64,000 bases of DNA. Source: a virus. The translations under genes and the position numbers were made by a program. Shown here in pieces: positions 49,926-60,618 of this stretch. The stretch spans positions 1 to 64,000 of the IMG/VR virus record IMGVR_UViG_3300025030_000086, one strand, 5' to 3'. Position 1 is the stretch's first letter. Each line of letters starts with the position of its first letter. The notes under the pieces were generated by a model, which ran no database searches, was not told the DNA's origin, and saw only the letters and a list, made by a program, of their open reading frames with translations.

Positions 49926-50294
49926 TCACCAACTCCAATCATCTTCTTGATTTTTAAGATTTTTACATTTCTTACATATTCTGTTGATTTTTGGATCTAT
50001 GCTTTCAAATTTTTTTAAACAACATAAACATATAACAACTGTTAATAATATCTTATCTTTTGATTTTCTTCCCTGTGTTATTGGAAAAGATACTTTTTTC
50101 TTTATATTTAATCCAGCTTGCTCCAAGCAAGCATTCCAACTTAAATTAAAATTTTTGTTTATATGACTATAACTACAAACTTTATTACAATTATAGTCAA
50201 ATTCATTTCTTGTCAAAAAGCAAGTTCCTGCAATATCTCTCAAATTTTCTATAAAATCTGAAAATTTGATTACTGATGTACCATGCAGTTTCAT
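49926..50294 (-). CDS. Homing-endonuclease-associated-repeat-like protein with Zn ribbon
   Basis: SWNACLEQAGL; CLCC...NRICKKC. Confidence 0.45.
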   Translation of the reverse strand: MKLHGTSVIKFSDFIENLRDIAGTCFLTRNEFDYNCNKVCSYSHINKNFNLSWNACLEQAGLNIKKKVSFPITQGRKSKDKILLTVVICLCCLKKFESIDPKINRICKKCKNLKNQEDDWSW

Positions 50295-50475
50295 ATTTAT
50301 TTTGATACTTCCCAATAAACTAAATAACAATTTTGGCACATATGAACTTCTACCAAATCAGAGCTATACCAAGTATCTGTGATAGTGATGAGTGGTCTTT
50401 TGTATAATGCTTCCAATAACAAAGGCTTGTGTCTATTAAATAGAATACATAATAATTTTTTAAACATAAAACCTC

Positions 50476-50730
50476 CTATATAAATCCAAATTTTTCTTTT
50501 AATTCTGTGTATTTACTTTCTATTGCAATTCCCAATGTTTCAACTTCCTTAGTTAATTTTTGAACCGTCTGTTCAGCTTCTATAAAATTATCTAAATTAT
50601 AATCTTTTTTTAGCGTGGATAATAAAGCCTTTTTTTGCCCCTTACTTTCAGCCAAATCTTCTCGTGCCTTCTCAATCTTTAATTTAATCGCTTTAAGAGT
50701 TTTTTCCACTTCTTTTGTGTCTATAGGCAT
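50476..50730 (-). CDS. Hypothetical coiled-coil protein
   Basis: ORF with AAGGA SD within the Sbc cluster. Confidence 0.55.
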   Translation of the reverse strand: MPIDTKEVEKTLKAIKLKIEKAREDLAESKGQKKALLSTLKKDYNLDNFIEAEQTVQKLTKEVETLGIAIESKYTELKEKFGFI

Positions 50731-50816
50731 GTTACATATCCTTTCTGAAGAAAAATAATGTTGTAAATATTATCAAAAATATAAAGACGTATGTGATTAT
50801 AATAGCAATTAATTCA

Positions 50817-51281
50817 TTATCTGTCATCATCTCTATTCCTTTCCATATATTCTTGTGGGATAATAATCATAGATTTTTTATTTATTATTTTTACAGATTC
50901 TCTATGACCCAAAAAACAACTAAGGAATAAACCTATTTTTAATTTTGTATCTTCAATATCTATATTCAAGCAATACTTTGTATTCAATTCTTCTAAAAAA
51001 TGTTCAATTTTTCTTGCAGTATTTGTCACTGTGTCAAGCAACTGTGGGTTATAATATATAGAAAAACCAAACATTTTTTCATCCATATGGTAAGTTTCCA
51101 TAAATGTTGGATTTTGCACAGAATGAATAAAAATATGAGGCATTACTATATAATATTTAATAAGAATAGGAAATACTACTTTATTGGGATTAAATTCTTC
51201 TTCTTGTGAATAATCATTTTCTATAGTTATTTTTTCTTTATAATCTACAAGATATGGTTGATTGGTTATTGATGAATTCAT
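50817..51281 (-). CDS. Hypothetical protein
   Basis: Translationally coupled ORF. Confidence 0.5.
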   Translation of the reverse strand: MNSSITNQPYLVDYKEKITIENDYSQEEEFNPNKVVFPILIKYYIVMPHIFIHSVQNPTFMETYHMDEKMFGFSIYYNPQLLDTVTNTARKIEHFLEELNTKYCLNIDIEDTKLKIGLFLSCFLGHRESVKIINKKSMIIIPQEYMERNRDDDR

Positions 51282-52210
51282 TATTTTTCAATCTCCTCAA
51301 ATGCCTTAATTATAATATTTTTAATATCATTTTCAGTTGATTTCATCATTAATTCAAGATTTTTTCTAAAATTTAAACTCTGTCCTATCTCATTGTTTTT
51401 TATACTATTTATAAATTCTTGCAATTTTTGATTCTCTTTTTTATCCACTCTTTCCAATGCCTCCGGCTTAAATACCTCATCAGCGGGTTTATGAATTATT
51501 GGTAAATTAATTAATTCATATGTTAAATCTTCATCATTTATTTCTAACATATATATATGAGGAATTAAATCAGATTCATTTAAGGTTTTTCTAACCAAAC
51601 AACCACAATTCACAATTGTTTGGTTTTTATATTTATAAAATACTGGATGATGCCAATCTCCACTTATAATTATATCATATGGATACTTTTTAGCAAGTTT
51701 ATCTGATTGCAGAAAGTCCTCCATTCCTTTCCATACAGGCTTATCCAATATAGTTTTATGAATTAATAATATATTGAAATTGTCTACATCTTCTATTATA
51801 GGAATTTCATCTCCATAATCACATCCATAAAGATCAATATTTCTACCAAAAGTTATACGTTTGAAGGTCTGCATATAGCCTAAAGATTCCATTAATTTCA
51901 AGGCTGTTCTATCTTTAGTCCTAAATCTTTGATCATGCTGTCCCCAAACGGTTAAGAATTGAATCTCATTATTATTGCCATTATTAATACTATATTTATT
52001 AAATAATTTTATATAATATTCCAATACGTCAAAAGACGGGCGGGGGTTATCGAAAACGTCCCCTGGGCACAGGATATATTCACATCTATTTTTTGAAGCT
52101 ATTTGAAATATCTGCTCAACCTTATTCAACTGAGTTTCAAAGAAATTATCTATCCTGTTTTCTGGATTAGAAGCTCTCAAATGTAAATCTCCGGTAATTA
52201 AAAATTTCAT
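51281..52210 (-). CDS. sbcD: SbcD/Mre11 nuclease
   Basis: GDLH, GDVFD, GQHD, GDWH. Confidence 0.88.
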   Translation of the reverse strand: MKFLITGDLHLRASNPENRIDNFFETQLNKVEQIFQIASKNRCEYILCPGDVFDNPRPSFDVLEYYIKLFNKYSINNGNNNEIQFLTVWGQHDQRFRTKDRTALKLMESLGYMQTFKRITFGRNIDLYGCDYGDEIPIIEDVDNFNILLIHKTILDKPVWKGMEDFLQSDKLAKKYPYDIIISGDWHHPVFYKYKNQTIVNCGCLVRKTLNESDLIPHIYMLEINDEDLTYELINLPIIHKPADEVFKPEALERVDKKENQKLQEFINSIKNNEIGQSLNFRKNLELMMKSTENDIKNIIIKAFEEIEK

Positions 52211-52412
52211 TTATCTCATCCCCACATCAAAAGCTTGTATGGCCTTTTCCCAATCTAACTCACATTTTATTTCAGTCCATCCATTTGCTATTTTATAATC
52301 TTCAGCTATTTTGTTAGCCTCTTCTTTATTTTGAGCTATAATTTTAATAGTATTAATAAAATAAGTATTAATATAACCATCTGCTTTATAATATTTATAC
52401 TTCTCCATATTG

Positions 52413-53471
52413 TTATACCCCCCTCTCACACAAAGGACATATACCTGCTTCTTCTAAGGTCTTCTTAAACTCTTTTTCCTCTTTTTCAATAAGTTTTTCC
52501 ATCTTTTTTATAGTTTCAAAATATACATCCCAACTCTGTTTTAAATTATTTATTTTATTTAGCACATCAGAAGTGGCTAAGTATTTTATAACATTACTCT
52601 CAAGCTCTGGCAAGCCCTCCCCCTGTTTTAAAATAGCCTCAGTTGCTTCAATATCAACATCCAATATGGATAAACTTATTAATATTTTTTCTAAATCTCT
52701 TATTAAAGCTAAATTCGTGTTATAATCCAACCATAAATACTCCAATACTTTAATTTCATCTTCAAGACCAACATATTTATTTTCTATGCTCTTTATAATA
52801 TTTTCTGTCCTAATTCCTTCCGATACTATGTAGGTTAATAATTTAACTTTATTTTCTAATATTTTAACTTTAGTATCATATTCTACTATTTTATTTACTA
52901 AATTCTCAATTAAATCATAATCTTTGAACTTTTCAAGGCTTGTATTCAATTTATCTAAATCTTGTTTTTTTATCTCAAGTTCTTTATTTGTAGATGTTAT
53001 TTTTGAAGATATGTTAGAAATCAAAGCGTCTATATCATCCAGCTTGACTATTTTATTAATTGTTCTGCCAACTTCTCCTGCACTATCCATCAAAAGGAAG
53101 TGTCTTTCAAACTGTGAGGCACAATTTATATCAGATATATTAATTGCAGAACTGATCTCTGAAGGAACATCATTGCCTATGGTATTAAATAATGAGCTAC
53201 CTATTTGATATGAATTTATAGAATTGTTTCTTTCTCTTACAATTTCAGTATCATTAATAATCAATGATACCTTGCAAGTTTCCTTTTTGTCACTAAAAGT
53301 GGATTTGAAAGCTAACCCTTGTGGTCTGTTAGTAATAATCCAATTCAAAGCTCTGAGAATAGCAGTTTTCCCATTATTGCTTTGACCAGATATTATATTT
53401 ATTCCAGAGGAAAATTTTAAATAGGAATCTTTATGGCTCTGAAAATTTTGGAGTTTAATGGATTGTATCAT
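52413..53471 (-). CDS. sbcC: SbcC/Rad50 N-terminal half
   Basis: NFQSH, GQSNNGKT, coiled coil, zinc hook CPLC. Confidence 0.88.
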   Translation of the reverse strand: MIQSIKLQNFQSHKDSYLKFSSGINIISGQSNNGKTAILRALNWIITNRPQGLAFKSTFSDKKETCKVSLIINDTEIVRERNNSINSYQIGSSLFNTIGNDVPSEISSAINISDINCASQFERHFLLMDSAGEVGRTINKIVKLDDIDALISNISSKITSTNKELEIKKQDLDKLNTSLEKFKDYDLIENLVNKIVEYDTKVKILENKVKLLTYIVSEGIRTENIIKSIENKYVGLEDEIKVLEYLWLDYNTNLALIRDLEKILISLSILDVDIEATEAILKQGEGLPELESNVIKYLATSDVLNKINNLKQSWDVYFETIKKMEKLIEKEEKEFKKTLEEAGICPLCERGV

Positions 53472-53475
53472 TTAT

Positions 53476-54063
53476 TTACCAATTATGTTCAGTATTATAA
53501 AAATTTTCTTCATAAAATAATCCATTTTTGAAATAAGCAGGATTGACATAATCAAAAAAATCTGTTAATAACATAATTACAACTTCAGTTTCATTAATGT
53601 ATCCGCTTGTATATCTCTTATTGCCAATACTACCAAAATAGCTTTGGAACGTATTATATAAATTATCCTCAAAAATAATTATTTCCTTTTTATTGTTCTT
53701 TTTGATTATTAATAATGGAGTTTTATCATCTCTTTCAGCATCCCCAACACATTGCTCCCACCAATCATGGATTAAACTTTTGTTTTTGTATACTAAAAAA
53801 TCAAGAGAAAAATCTTTGTAACTTTTTAATTCAATACTAAATTTATTAATAAATTTTATACCTTCTAAATCTGTTGAAGTGGTATCCCCTTGTTGACCAG
53901 AAGTTTTTTTACCTTTTTTAAATCTTTGTGTAGCCATTGCCCCACTTGAAGCAGATCTAAAAAATACATCATCTCTTTCATTTTCTGTATACCAAAGAGA
54001 CAGCAATTTACAAATTTTCCGTTCAAACTCCCCACCTTTTAATTTTCCACCACCAGGTCTCAT
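53476..54063 (-). CDS. Holliday junction resolvase (PD-(D/E)XK)
   Basis: KGGEFER, SGA, GD, IELK. Confidence 0.75.
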   Translation of the reverse strand: MRPGGGKLKGGEFERKICKLLSLWYTENERDDVFFRSASSGAMATQRFKKGKKTSGQQGDTTSTDLEGIKFINKFSIELKSYKDFSLDFLVYKNKSLIHDWWEQCVGDAERDDKTPLLIIKKNNKKEIIIFEDNLYNTFQSYFGSIGNKRYTSGYINETEVVIMLLTDFFDYVNPAYFKNGLFYEENFYNTEHNW

Positions 54064-54281
54064 TTTTTCTCCTCAAAAAATTCGGATAATACACCGCCGA
54101 GTAAAAACTGGAATGCTCCTCCTAACCATATCCATAGTGGGCTTAATAACCAAAACCAAGGTAAATTTATCCACTTAGTAAGTTGAAGCCATTCTAAAAA
54201 TATAGTCAATATTACAGGAATAAATATAGCATATTTGAAAAAGGATTTCATCTCTTCACTATCTGTTTTATTTATTGACAT
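54060..54281 (-). CDS. Small membrane protein (LSPLWI family)
   Basis: WFWLLSPLWI. Confidence 0.65.
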   Translation of the reverse strand: MSINKTDSEEMKSFFKYAIFIPVILTIFLEWLQLTKWINLPWFWLLSPLWIWLGGAFQFLLGGVLSEFFEEKK

Positions 54282-55575
54282 TAAAACTTCTCCTTAAATG
54301 GGAAACTCACAAAAACAGTTGCAATATATCCAAGAGACATTTTACCCGTTTCAATAGCTTTAACTTCTTCATCATAAATACCTGAGTTTGATTGCAGAAA
54401 TCCACCCACATCAAAAATATTAATATAACCTCTTTTTTCATTAATTTCAGACTTTTTACTTGAACAACCCTTACAATCATTTCCACAACATAAATTATTA
54501 TATTCTTCACCATATCTACGTGTATCCATAAAACCTCCTATTTTCTTTTAATTATTGTAGCTACACCATCAGCAGAATCTATTGAAAAGGATATAACATT
54601 TCTTATCTCAATAATCTCTTCTTCATGTTCTTTCACAATTTCCCAATCATTAGCAACTATATCTAAAATAGTCAATGTGAGATAAATTTCAGCATTATTA
54701 ATGGAATATGAAATACCCTCATGGTTAAACCAAATCGGTTTTGTATGCTCAGGCCAACACCTTCTTCTAAATAATAATTTAATTTTAGAATTAGATAAAC
54801 AATTACTCCATATTCTATATACTTCAGTAATATACATAAAAACCTCCTTTAATAACCATCATTATCTTCCATACATTCATAATCACCATCATTATGCCAA
54901 TCCCCCAATGGAATCATATTATCTGATTCTGTTCTATAATTATTAATATCTTCATAATCATTTATATCTATAAGTGAAGAACCCTTTAAAATATATTTTG
55001 GATATAAATAATCATTAGAAATATCTTCAAGTTCTTTTATAATCGCAAGCACCCTTTCTTTAGGAATATCTTCTCCGTAAACTTCTCTTAAAACTTTTGA
55101 AGCAGATGATATAGCTAAAAATTTACCCAATGTTCTAAATGTATGGTCTAATTTAGTCACTGATTCTCCTCTACTTCATATAATAATTTTAATGCTTCAT
55201 TTAGTATTATATTAAATTGTTCCTCTGTTGCTTGATTTAAACATGTTTCATTCCCACATAAATGTTTGGTAGCTTTCTCATACTTTTCTCTACACAATAA
55301 TTTATTATTGTTCATATATTCATTAGTCACTATTTTATGAGCAATAATGAATAGCTTATCTGTGTCTTCTTTACAAGAAATCAAAGATCTTTCGGTTAAA
55401 GAATTTAAACTATCTAATTCTGGTTGTATGTATAACATTTTATCCCTCATCGTCACAATCATGATCACCTATACAAGATTCACATAAATTATCTATAGAA
55501 CAAATATCACAATATGCACCATCATTAATTATTTCTGCACTGCACATACTACATTCTTTTATTACAAAAGCTGGT

Positions 55576-56631
55576 TCATTCTTTTCCATTCTCTTCCTCT
55601 AAATATTTAGGCTTCCTAATAATTTTTGCCTTTTCCTCAATTGTGTCCCATACTTGTTTTACAGCATCCTTAACTTCTTGTTCCTTATTATTACTACTTA
55701 TAAATTGTATAAAATCCTCTCTTGCATAAGCATTTTCACCATAAGCTATCCTACCATTACCGGATTTAAGATAAAATTTATTATCTACAAGATAGTCTAC
55801 CATACTACCTAAATCGTCTATCCCATATTCAAATAATATATTAAAATTACACTCTCTAAAAGGTTTCCATACTCTATTCTTTTTAGCCTTTGCTTTTATT
55901 TCTATACCAGTTGTTATATCACCATTTTTCATCAATCCTTTATTATATAACCACACTATTTGATAAGCATAGAAATCTAATGCTTTACCACCGGAACGTC
56001 TTTTAGTTTCTCCAAAAATTACACCGATAGCATCTCTTATTTGAGATACAACTATCAAAAGCATGTTCTTTTTATTAATCTTCTGTGTCAATCTTCTAAA
56101 CAATTCACCCAATTTCTTTTGTTTAATCATATTATAACTTTTTTGATTAAAATCTTGTTCCAATTCCTCTTCTGTAGAAATAGCATCTAAACTATCCAAT
56201 ACATATATTACTAAATCATAATTATCTGAAGACTTTATTTCTTTATTTACATCTTCATACCAGTGTTCTATAGTAGATGATTGTCTCCATTCAATATTAT
56301 CTGTTGGAACACCTATTTGTTTAGCATTCTCCAAATTTATAGCTGATTCTGTATCATTATATATCATTTTGACATCATACTTCTTCCGTAATACATGAAA
56401 GACATATGACATTGCTTCTAAACAAAGCAATGATTTTCCTATTTGCTTATCCCCGACAAGATTTATAATTTTACCCACTGGGTAGCCATTTTCTGTACTA
56501 TTGGTTAATACCAAATTTAGATTTGTGCTACCAGAGGAAACATACTTTAATTCTCTGGTAACTATTCCATTATCTTCCACAGTATCTTCAACTTCATCAT
56601 CTACTATTTTTTTCTTTCTACCTCTACCCAT
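55576..56631 (-). CDS. recA: RecA/UvsX-like recombinase
   Basis: GDKQIGKS, DTE, VLDS, SQIR, GGKALDFYA, KNRV. Confidence 0.92.
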   Translation of the reverse strand: MGRGRKKKIVDDEVEDTVEDNGIVTRELKYVSSGSTNLNLVLTNSTENGYPVGKIINLVGDKQIGKSLLCLEAMSYVFHVLRKKYDVKMIYNDTESAINLENAKQIGVPTDNIEWRQSSTIEHWYEDVNKEIKSSDNYDLVIYVLDSLDAISTEEELEQDFNQKSYNMIKQKKLGELFRRLTQKINKKNMLLIVVSQIRDAIGVIFGETKRRSGGKALDFYAYQIVWLYNKGLMKNGDITTGIEIKAKAKKNRVWKPFRECNFNILFEYGIDDLGSMVDYLVDNKFYLKSGNGRIAYGENAYAREDFIQFISSNNKEQEVKDAVKQVWDTIEEKAKIIRKPKYLEEENGKE

Positions 56632-57169
56632 TGTCTTTCTCCCATCTCTTCAATACTGTTACTGCCCTAACTGAAGTTACATTTGTATGATTATAATCAC
56701 CAGAAGTACCACAATCTATTAATCTTATAGTTGCATAGTATACCAACTTTTTAGGTAATCTCCAAGCTAACCAGTTATAAAAATCTTCTTTTAAGTATTC
56801 TATTTTATAAATCATAATATCTCCTATATTATTTTGTAAAAAAGATCTAACTTATCAAACAAAGATTCATCAAATATTTCGTGATGACTTACTAAACTAT
56901 TCAATTTTCGTATATTATTAACTTTTCCACTAATTCTAACCATAGAGTAAGACACCCTTTTGGTGGGCCTATCTAAAGAATAATCAGACCCACCATTAAG
57001 TTTATAAGCTATTAATACTTCTTTCATTAATCCTCACCCAATATAAAATGTCTCCAACCTTCTGTTCCAAAAAAATCTTCTTCATCAAGTTTATCTAAAG
57101 CTATTATTAAATCTATTAAATAATCTTTTACAAATTCAGCAGACATTCCTTTTATATTTCCAATTTTCA

Positions 57170-58204
57170 TTAACTATTAACCCTCTCACGTAACTTCCTC
57201 TTTAAGGCTTCCTTTGGGTCTTCTGGTTGAGCTTCCTCTTCAATAATTGCCTTTGTTACATTTTTTCCCACCGCCTCTTTAACAAGCCTCTTCAGCTTCT
57301 TAGTTCCCATTTCTTCAATCTCAGATTCTTCAAAATCATCACTAAGGGCTGTAATTGCCAAAGCCTCAAGTTGATCTCTATCCATATCATCAATTGATGT
57401 TGTTTTTGTTTCAGTAATAGAAGATGCCTCTTCTACAGCCCTTACTACAGTTTCACTCCTTGTAGCAGTTTCATCAATTGGTGAAACATCCTTTTTGGGT
57501 GAAACTTCCCCACCAAGACCTAAAAAGGTATCCTTTACTTCTTCATAACTTGCATATTCTATTACTTCAGTAAATGGTAGAATTCCTTCAAGCCATTCAT
57601 CTTTTGCCACTGTAGGACTATCATCCAATTGAAAATTCTTGTATACTGAAAAAGTAGTATTTGGCTTCTTCTCTCTATCAAAATAAATAGCAATACCATC
57701 ATCTATATTGGCAAGATTCAATATTTCATCCGTAGCCTTCTTATAACTAACACCCAATATATCATCCATTGCTGTACGAGGACATGACCAAACTTGAGCA
57801 ACTTGCTTATCCACAGAAAGACTTAAATCTACTACCCATACAAGATATCTTGTCTGTGGATATAGATCTTTAGCCATTTCCGGCTCTGTATCCCACAACT
57901 CAGCTTGTTGTTCACATATAGGACATAGGCTACTTTTCATCCGTTTAAGACATAGATATTGATCATTATTAACACCAACATTCTGATGAATATGGACAGT
58001 AAGACCATAAAAGTTAAGATTATCATCAGGATGTGCTGGTAAAAGTCTTACCTTATGTGCCTTATCAGTTACCTTCCAAAAAGCTCCATCTCCTGTTGCA
58101 GAAAAAATAGTTTTACTATTATTCTTATCAGGGTACTTTCCACGAGAATCATAAGCAGCTTTTAATGATTCCTTTGACGGGGACTTCCAATTCTTTTTAT
58201 CCAT
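57170..58204 (-). CDS. Single-stranded DNA-binding protein (gp32-like)
   Basis: VRLLP, H...C...CPICE, acidic region. Confidence 0.7.
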   Translation of the reverse strand: MDKKNWKSPSKESLKAAYDSRGKYPDKNNSKTIFSATGDGAFWKVTDKAHKVRLLPAHPDDNLNFYGLTVHIHQNVGVNNDQYLCLKRMKSSLCPICEQQAELWDTEPEMAKDLYPQTRYLVWVVDLSLSVDKQVAQVWSCPRTAMDDILGVSYKKATDEILNLANIDDGIAIYFDREKKPNTTFSVYKNFQLDDSPTVAKDEWLEGILPFTEVIEYASYEEVKDTFLGLGGEVSPKKDVSPIDETATRSETVVRAVEEASSITETKTTSIDDMDRDQLEALAITALSDDFEESEIEEMGTKKLKRLVKEAVGKNVTKAIIEEEAQPEDPKEALKRKLRERVNS

Positions 58205-58380
58205 TGTTTGCTTCCTCCTTGTTATTTATAATATTGACAAATTATTCCTAAAATTACAAATGGTGAAACTATTAAAAATGAGCCTACTATATGTACTACA
58301 AGGAATTTTAAATCCGCATCTTTTTCTGTATCCTCTTTTTGATAATTAAACCAATCCCAATTTTTATGCATAAAAATCTC

Positions 58381-58590
58381 TCAAAATATTATTACTAATA
58401 ATAACATTGCTATAGCTATTAAAATAGCTAAAATTGGTAATATCCATAGTGGACTCAATAACCAAAACCATGACACATTTAATATATCAAAGAAATTTAA
58501 AGAAAGCAAGAATAAATATATCATCCATATTAATAAAGCAACTGCATTTATTAATGCTTTATCATATTTCAATTGTTTAATTATTCTCAT
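58381..58590 (-). CDS. Small membrane protein (LSPLWI family)
   Basis: WFWLLSPLWI. Confidence 0.65.
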   Translation of the reverse strand: MRIIKQLKYDKALINAVALLIWMIYLFLLSLNFFDILNVSWFWLLSPLWILPILAILIAIAMLLLVIIF

Positions 58591-58818
58591 TGCTGTTCCC
58601 TATTATAGCAGGATTTACTTTTTCATATAGATGCATGAATTGGGCTTGTTCCCCAACTCTTTCAGTATCTTTTCTAAATCGTCTTTGCCAATAAGATGAT
58701 AAATGAATACCTTTACTAACATTTATATCATATCCCCAATCTATGCCACCGTGCCCTGGTAAATCAGAAACATAAAGTATCTTATTAAAACTTGATTTAT
58801 AACCAATAGTTTTCATCT

Positions 58819-59286
58819 CTATTCCTTATCTTCAGCCATCTTCTTTTGCAATCTTTCCTTTATACTCTCAGTTCCTTGCCTCTTAACTATTTTTGTTTCC
58901 ACACTGGCCCAATATCCTGATATGTAAAGCTCTACAAGAAGCTTCAACATATCACGTCTTTGCTGAAATGCATCTCTTATTACTTCCGCTTCTTTAGCAT
59001 CGGAACAACTATTTATATATTTCTGTTGCAAGTCAGCGTATTGTAAATTTCTTGTAATTTCATTTTGTACCATAGCTTCTGTCAATTTCTTACCCTCAGC
59101 ACTTGCAGCTTCTCTTATAATACCATCTAAACGTGCTGACATTTGCTCAACTGCTAATTTAATCTCATCCCTTTTCTTATATAATGAGGCTAAATTTTGT
59201 GTATAATTATCAAATAGAACTGGTTGCCTTAGACAGCATTCATCTAGTTCACTCTGATCAATTTTTAAATCTTCTCTATATCCCAT
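58819..59286 (-). CDS. UvsY-like recombination mediator
   Basis: LKID..LD..CLRQP..F...KLTEA...AFQQR..ML; context. Confidence 0.55.
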   Translation of the reverse strand: MGYREDLKIDQSELDECCLRQPVLFDNYTQNLASLYKKRDEIKLAVEQMSARLDGIIREAASAEGKKLTEAMVQNEITRNLQYADLQQKYINSCSDAKEAEVIRDAFQQRRDMLKLLVELYISGYWASVETKIVKRQGTESIKERLQKKMAEDKE

Positions 59287-59403
59287 TTATTTCTCCTTTA
59301 TAGGGGATTTTTGCGGGTGAGTTCATCCCCAAACTCTTGATGCTTATGAACAATCCATCAATATTAATATATCATAACTTTTTCAAAATGTAAAGATTAA
59401 TTT

Positions 59404-60318
59404 TTATAAAACCCAAGCCTTATATATTAGAAGCAAAAGTTCTGATTTTTGACTTCCAAAAGTAAGTGGGCTAAGAAATAATTCCAATTTTTCTGCATAA
59501 ATACTTGGACTATCAGCCTTTTTTAAACATGCTGCTAAGTATCCAGCAATAACTATCCTCATCTGCTCCGACTCAATATTTATATTCTCATATGTTTTTA
59601 CTACATTTTTCCAATCAGTTCTTGGTCTTTTAATTATTAATCTACATAATTCAATAATGTCTTGTTCCTGTTCCAATTCATCTGCCAATAAGGTACATAT
59701 TTTATCAAAATCTTTAATATCCTTTACTTGATTCAGCATTACTAATGCTTTGCGTGGACATCCCGATGACTTATATACTAAAAGATTCAAAACATCTTCT
59801 GATATTACTAATTTTTCTAACGTGGTAACATATACTAAAATTGACTCAATATCTTTATTAGATAAAGCTTTTAAGGTATAGGACAAACATCTATTTTTAA
59901 TAGTTGGTAATAGCTTCTGTTGGTCTGTTGTACATAATATAAAATATGAATATTTAGGAGAATCCTCCAACAATTTTAAGAGGCAATTCTGACCCTCTTT
60001 GGTTAATTGTTGAACCTCATCTAATATAAATACTTTATTATTGCCCAATAGTGGAGATCTCCTTGCAACTTCATTTAATTCTCTTATGAAGTCTACCCCA
60101 TTCGTATTTGCAATATTAATTTCAATTATGTCACTACTGGCATTTAGCATGTTTGCCATAATTCTTGCAAATGTGGTTTTTCCTGTTCCTGAAGGGCCTG
60201 AGAATAGAAAAGCATGTGGGAAAGCCTTTTCTTTAAACAAAGATTTTAGGCTTTCTTTAATCTCCTTATGTCCAAAGACTTCTTCTAATGTTTTTGGCCT
60301 GTAATCATTATATAGCAT
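59404..60318 (-). CDS. dnaX: Clamp loader, DNA Pol III gamma/tau-like
   Basis: YRP, GPSGTGKTT, ILDEV, LLKLLE, NRC. Confidence 0.9.
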   Translation of the reverse strand: MLYNDYRPKTLEEVFGHKEIKESLKSLFKEKAFPHAFLFSGPSGTGKTTFARIMANMLNASSDIIEINIANTNGVDFIRELNEVARRSPLLGNNKVFILDEVQQLTKEGQNCLLKLLEDSPKYSYFILCTTDQQKLLPTIKNRCLSYTLKALSNKDIESILVYVTTLEKLVISEDVLNLLVYKSSGCPRKALVMLNQVKDIKDFDKICTLLADELEQEQDIIELCRLIIKRPRTDWKNVVKTYENINIESEQMRIVIAGYLAACLKKADSPSIYAEKLELFLSPLTFGSQKSELLLLIYKAWVL

Positions 60319-60618
60319 TAAACCCCCCATTTGTAGCATTTAGCATATACTTCAATAAGGTCTTCATTCTCATTATTTTCATTAAATTCAATAAAGGCTC
60401 CTTGACAATGAGGATGTATTCCTTTTATATTCTCAATCCATTTCTCAATTATAAATTGTCTAACAAAGGGTTCTGGATTTTCTTTAAGAAAATTTAAAGA
60501 AACCACACTGATAAGCTCCCAACCAACTCCGTTAAGAAACATTAATAATATTAAAGATGTTATAATATTTTTCATTATACTTAAATATATACTTATTATT
60601 TTAAATTGTCAATATGAA

